From Nitrospirales bacterium (GTDB lineage Bacteria > Nitrospirota > Nitrospiria > Nitrospirales > UBA8639), in assembly GCA_041737015.1 (NCBI GenBank), contig JBGSSO010000381.1, positions 1,304 through 65,303 of the forward strand: a stretch of 64,000 nt of DNA, read 5' to 3'. A program made the position numbers and the translations under genes. A model generated the notes under the pieces. It saw only the letters and a program-made list of their open reading frames with translations, did no database searches and was not told the DNA's origin. Numbering within the stretch: position 1 is the stretch's first letter; every line of letters starts with the position of its first letter. Of the stretch, positions 58,139 to 64,000 are shown piece by piece.

Positions 58139-58139
58139 A

Positions 58140-59567
58140 TTACATGATCATCTTGGCCATAACGACCGAGGTCGTGGATGATGAAACCTGGAACCGTTCA
58201 TCTGCTCGTAACCCACCAACCCAGACAATTCCCTCAGGCGCAACCAATAAAGGCACCTTGGTCCGCTGGGAACGGGGTAATTTAAGATCCGAAAAAAAAT
58301 CCTGCAGTTTTTTTTGTCGCCCACCAAGCCCCTTGGGGCAAAAAATATCTCCAGGCATCCAACTTCGTAACATTAATTCAGGAGTAAATCTCGCCGGGTC
58401 AAGATAAATCTCTGAAGGGTGCGCATGGCCATCATTTACTGGATATGATTTTCTTGAAATCGAAAAACGGTGCCCTGTGGGAAGCCACACCACCTCACCA
58501 GGGATGGATAAGGGCATCACGCTCATCCCGGAATAATCCGTTCCAGGTTGATGCATTTCCTCACTGGAGCTCATCACCAGACGATCATATTCCTGGCCAA
58601 CCCGCACTCCGTCATATGTGATCGTCCAACCCGACTGCCCATGCTCTAACCGATCTAATACCCGTTCCACAAAGTCGAACCTCGGACTCTGCTGGTGTCC
58701 TGCAATGATCTGAAGACTCTGGCGAACCACCCTCCGACGAATTGGTAAAGGTACGTTTAAAAGCGCCATACGGTCAAATTGCCGTTCTCCCATGCCGTCT
58801 GACACACATGTGCGCTGAAACGCTTCATCCGCTAATGTCTCCAGATATGTATGATCATCCCGAAGTATATGTGCCTGCCGGGTCAACACATTCACAATCC
58901 CCGGCGAATACTGTTTCAATTGAGGAATCAGGTGCTGACGAATGCGATTCCGGAGGTACACCGGTTGAACATTGGTGGAATCCACCCTGAATTCCTCTTG
59001 CCTTTCCTCCAGATACGCCACAATCTCACTCCGATGGATATCAAGCAAGGGACGAACAACATGCATTCCTCGCTTGGGAGGAATACCTCCTAACCCACCG
59101 GTTCCACACCCGCGTAACATCCACATAAGAACCGTCTCGGCTTGATCGTCTGCCGTATGCCCAAGCACTAACTTTGTCGCCTTGCGGTCAAGGACCATTT
59201 GTTCTAATGCCTGATACCTCGCTCTTCTGGCATATTCCTGGAGTGATTCCTTCTTCATTTTTGCATCGTATTTATTCAGATGGAGCCGGCGCACCATGAC
59301 GGGCACTCCAAATCTCTCGCCTAAAGCCTCCACGAACTTCGCATCCCCCTCACTTTCAGCTCCGCGAAATCCATGGTCCACATGACCAATCCAGATGTCC
59401 CAATGCCAGCGGGTTCGCAACTCCACCAAGCACCTAAAAAGGGCCACAGAATCCGGACCGCCAGAAACCGCCGCCACGATCCGATCTCCCGACGCCAATA
59501 ACCCCTTAACCCGAATAGCCTGGTCAACTTTTCGTTCCATTCCAACCACAGGGACTAGACGATTCAT
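58140..59567 (-). CDS. tilS: tRNA(Ile)-lysidine synthetase
   Basis: AVSGGPDS, GHTADDQAET, RPLL, RNRIR. Confidence 0.96.
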   Translation of the reverse strand: MNRLVPVVGMERKVDQAIRVKGLLASGDRIVAAVSGGPDSVALFRCLVELRTRWHWDIWIGHVDHGFRGAESEGDAKFVEALGERFGVPVMVRRLHLNKYDAKMKKESLQEYARRARYQALEQMVLDRKATKLVLGHTADDQAETVLMWMLRGCGTGGLGGIPPKRGMHVVRPLLDIHRSEIVAYLEERQEEFRVDSTNVQPVYLRNRIRQHLIPQLKQYSPGIVNVLTRQAHILRDDHTYLETLADEAFQRTCVSDGMGERQFDRMALLNVPLPIRRRVVRQSLQIIAGHQQSPRFDFVERVLDRLEHGQSGWTITYDGVRVGQEYDRLVMSSSEEMHQPGTDYSGMSVMPLSIPGEVVWLPTGHRFSISRKSYPVNDGHAHPSEIYLDPARFTPELMLRSWMPGDIFCPKGLGGRQKKLQDFFSDLKLPRSQRTKVPLLVAPEGIVWVGGLRADERFQVSSSTTSVVMAKMIM

Positions 59568-61230
<1,663 letters not shown>

Positions 61231-61238
61231 ACTCGTCC

Positions 61239-61631
61239 TTATTTTCGAGGAAGATTCGTTAAAAAGACAACTAGATCCCGCACAGAGATCATCCCCACCA
61301 TGGTCCCAGACTGGGTAACCCCCAGGTGCCGAATATGTTCTTTAGCCATTAAATCATTGGCATCCAACAGGGTTCGATCTGCCTCGATACTGACAATCGG
61401 AGCGGACATAATTTTTTCGACCGTCGTCCGCATCGGATCCGCACCCGCAGCGACCACCCGTCGAACCAAATCCGTATCGGTTAAAATGCCGATGATTTCC
61501 TCTCCACTGGTCACAATCACACTCCCGATTCCATTATCCCGCATCATTTCTGCAGCGGTCTTGACCAAAATATCCCGATCAACTTTAACAATTTTGTCTA
61601 CCGGGACCATACACGATTTTACAGGAACCAT
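61239..61631 (-). CDS. CBS-domain protein
   Basis: Two CBS repeats ([16 protein letters not shown]). Confidence 0.9.
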   Translation of the reverse strand: MVPVKSCMVPVDKIVKVDRDILVKTAAEMMRDNGIGSVIVTSGEEIIGILTDTDLVRRVVAAGADPMRTTVEKIMSAPIVSIEADRTLLDANDLMAKEHIRHLGVTQSGTMVGMISVRDLVVFLTNLPRK

Positions 61632-61698
61632 GACGCTACTCCTCCCATCAATCGGTTAACAAAACGTGGTGTCCGGAACTTCCTCCACCATAGAATAA

Positions 61699-63270
61699 TT
61701 ATGAAGACGATACCAATCGCGTATCCTTCGGAGCTTGCTGCGCATGAATGATCATGGCATCGACCAACGCCGGAACCGTATTTTCCAACGCCATGACATC
61801 CACCGACATTCCTTCTTCCTGAACGGTTTGAGCTGTAATCGGGCCAATGACCGCCACGATCAAATGCCGGGTTAATTCCTGCAATTCTTGGCGACTCTCA
61901 AACAACTGACAAAAATTTTTCACTGTTGAAGAACTGGTAAAGGTCACATACTGAATTTCCCGGTTGCGAAGTCGGTCACGAAGAGGGCCAATCTCGACGG
62001 TAGGAGGAAGAGCTTGATACGCATGAACCACATGAACGGTGGCACCCATGGCTTTCAACTGGTCAGGGAGAATCTCGCGTGCCACTTTGGCGCGAGGAAT
62101 CAAAATCCGTTGACCGGCGATCCCTAACCCGCCGAGGGCCTGCAAAATCCCCTCTGCCTGAAAATCTTGAGGAACCAGATCGGAGGCGATCCCCCAACGA
62201 GCAGCCTCTTCCCGGGTCCGAGGACCAATACAACACACACGGATTCCGCCCAGACTCCGCACATCTTTGTGATGAAACCAGAGACGTTCCATGAAGGATT
62301 GCACGCCATTCACACTCGTGAAAATCAACCAGTCATATGTTGAAATCGCAGCAATCGCCTCATCCACAGGGGTCCAGCTATCAGGAGGATGAATCTCCAA
62401 CGTAGGACATTCCACGGGTTCCGCACCCTGCGCAGCCAGCAAATTTGAAAGAGCCGGCGCCTGGGCACGAGGTCTGGTCACTAAGACCCCTTGTCCAAAC
62501 AGGGGCCGTGATTCATGCCAGTTCAGTCGCTCACGTAACCGAACGACTTCACCCACCACAATCACTGACGGCGGACTCATATCTGCCTGAGAGACTAATC
62601 CCACAATGTCTGATAATGTTCCCACCACCGTTCGTTGACGAGCATAGGTCCCCCATTGGATCACCGCCACCGGAGTCGTCGCTGGCTTGCCTTCCTGAAT
62701 GAGCCGGTTCACAATCTGCGGAAGGTTTTTCATGCCCATCAAAAAAACCAGTGTCCCTTCAGCCGAAGCGAGACGCGGCCATTCCATCGCACTCGATGGT
62801 TTCGTCGGATCTTCATGGCCGGTCACAAATGCGACCGTCGAGGCGAGAGTCCGGTGCGTCACGGGAATACCTGCATAAGCCGGCACGGCCACGGCAGCCG
62901 TTACTCCGGGCACGACTTCGAATGGGATCCCTGCGTCAGCGACCACTTCGGCCTCTTCACCTCCACGACCAAACACAAAGGGATCCCCTCCTTTGAGTCG
63001 CACAATACATTTGCCTTCTTGAGCTTTGGTGACCAACAAGGCATGAATCTCTGCCTGATCCCGGTAAGCCCCACGCCCTTTTCGCCCGACATAAATACAC
63101 TCGGCATGAGAAGGGGCAAATTTCAACAACTCTGGGTTGGCCAAGTGATCGTAAAGCACCACGTCAGCCTGCTCGAGACATTCTTTCCCTCGTAAGGTCA
63201 GCAGCTTGGCATCTCCGGGACCGGCTCCAACCAAAAAGACCCGACCATGATTTGCAACTGACCTGGTCAT
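61699..63270 (-). CDS. cobA: Uroporphyrinogen-III C-methyltransferase/uroporphyrinogen-III synthase fusion
   Basis: LVGAGPGD, RLKGGDPFVFGRGGEE; C-terminal HemD domain (LVTRP, FTSVNGV, FTSSSTV). Confidence 0.95.
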   Translation of the reverse strand: MTRSVANHGRVFLVGAGPGDAKLLTLRGKECLEQADVVLYDHLANPELLKFAPSHAECIYVGRKGRGAYRDQAEIHALLVTKAQEGKCIVRLKGGDPFVFGRGGEEAEVVADAGIPFEVVPGVTAAVAVPAYAGIPVTHRTLASTVAFVTGHEDPTKPSSAMEWPRLASAEGTLVFLMGMKNLPQIVNRLIQEGKPATTPVAVIQWGTYARQRTVVGTLSDIVGLVSQADMSPPSVIVVGEVVRLRERLNWHESRPLFGQGVLVTRPRAQAPALSNLLAAQGAEPVECPTLEIHPPDSWTPVDEAIAAISTYDWLIFTSVNGVQSFMERLWFHHKDVRSLGGIRVCCIGPRTREEAARWGIASDLVPQDFQAEGILQALGGLGIAGQRILIPRAKVAREILPDQLKAMGATVHVVHAYQALPPTVEIGPLRDRLRNREIQYVTFTSSSTVKNFCQLFESRQELQELTRHLIVAVIGPITAQTVQEEGMSVDVMALENTVPALVDAMIIHAQQAPKDTRLVSSS

Positions 63271-64000
63271 GCCATCCCATAAATTTCCTGGAGAATGGGC
63301 TGCGCCCCACCCTCCAACAATTGTTCAGCCACCCTCATGCCAATTGATTCGGCCTCCCCCGCTGGGCCCGATACCACCTGACGGATATATCGCTTCCCGT
63401 CAAGGCTCGTGACTAATCCATCCAGAGTCAGGGTGTCCCCTTGAAGAGTCGCATACCCTGCAATGGGAACCTGACATCCGCCTTCCAACCCTGCAAGCAA
63501 CGCGCGTTCGGCAGTGACCGCAATCCGGGTTGACCGATGTTCAAACTGAGCGACCAGACCTCGAATCCACGAATCATCTTTCCGTCCTTCCAGACCTAAC
63601 GAACCTTGCCCAATTGCCGGCAGACTCACATCCACGGTCAAATACTCCGTCACTTCCTGATCCCATCCCAAGCGTTTGAGACCGGAGGCGGCCAGAATAA
63701 TGGCATCATAATGACCCTCGCGAACCTTGCGAAGTCGTGTATCAACATTCCCACGTAACATCGCAATCTCAAGATCGGGACGAGCATGTAACAACTGCGC
63801 CTGTCTTCGCAAACTACTGGTTCCGACTCGTGCACCGACCGGCAAGGTCGCCAGGGTATGGCCTTCACGGGCAATCAACGCATCCCTGGGATCCTCCCGC
63901 TCGGGAACACAAACAATCTCCAGTCCTTCAGGTAATTCTGAAGGGACGTCTTTCATGCTGTGCACGGCCAGATCAATATCTCGTCGGAGGAGCGCTTCTT
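63267..64000 (-). CDS. hemC: Hydroxymethylbilane synthase (5' end lies beyond the window)
   Basis: AVHSMKDVP, GTSSLRR, LRGNVDTRL, LEGGCQVPI. Confidence 0.96.
   Translation of the reverse strand, partial: EALLRRDIDLAVHSMKDVPSELPEGLEIVCVPEREDPRDALIAREGHTLATLPVGARVGTSSLRRQAQLLHARPDLEIAMLRGNVDTRLRKVREGHYDAIILAASGLKRLGWDQEVTEYLTVDVSLPAIGQGSLGLEGRKDDSWIRGLVAQFEHRSTRIAVTAERALLAGLEGGCQVPIAGYATLQGDTLTLDGLVTSLDGKRYIRQVVSGPAGEAESIGMRVAEQLLEGGAQPILQEIYGMA

Overview
A bacterial chromosomal window in two parts. Gene content and repeat families suggest Nitrospirota/Nitrospirales; this is my inference, not a database result. Part one (about 0.67-26.4 kb) is an accessory island downstream of tadA and tRNA-Ser(CGA). 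It holds a decayed phage gene, an internally deleted IS3, several orphan or secreted proteins, a pentapeptide-TIR protein and a tandem pair of secreted paralogues. It also holds a GC-rich, minus-strand carbohydrate-utilisation locus: an ABC importer, a GH1 beta-glucosidase, two paralogous secreted discoidin/six-hairpin glycosidases, and a secreted beta-propeller/CBM protein. Two copies of a ~460-bp structured repeat, with compensatory base changes, interrupt that locus. Part two (about 26.5-64 kb) is core genome: a histidine-phosphatase/6-phosphofructokinase fusion divergent from pyk, then coaBC-rpoZ-gmk-yicC-nth-hflX-tsaD-clpC, nadK, comEC, glmM-folP-ftsH-hpt-tilS-ribF, and the hem cluster. 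Three core genes carry clean lesions: an in-frame TGA in a cytochrome c, an in-frame TAG in a YyaL-aldo/keto-reductase fusion, and a ~0.3-kb out-of-frame deletion in hemB. No CRISPR array, rRNA, integrase or reverse transcriptase was seen. GC statements are by eye.
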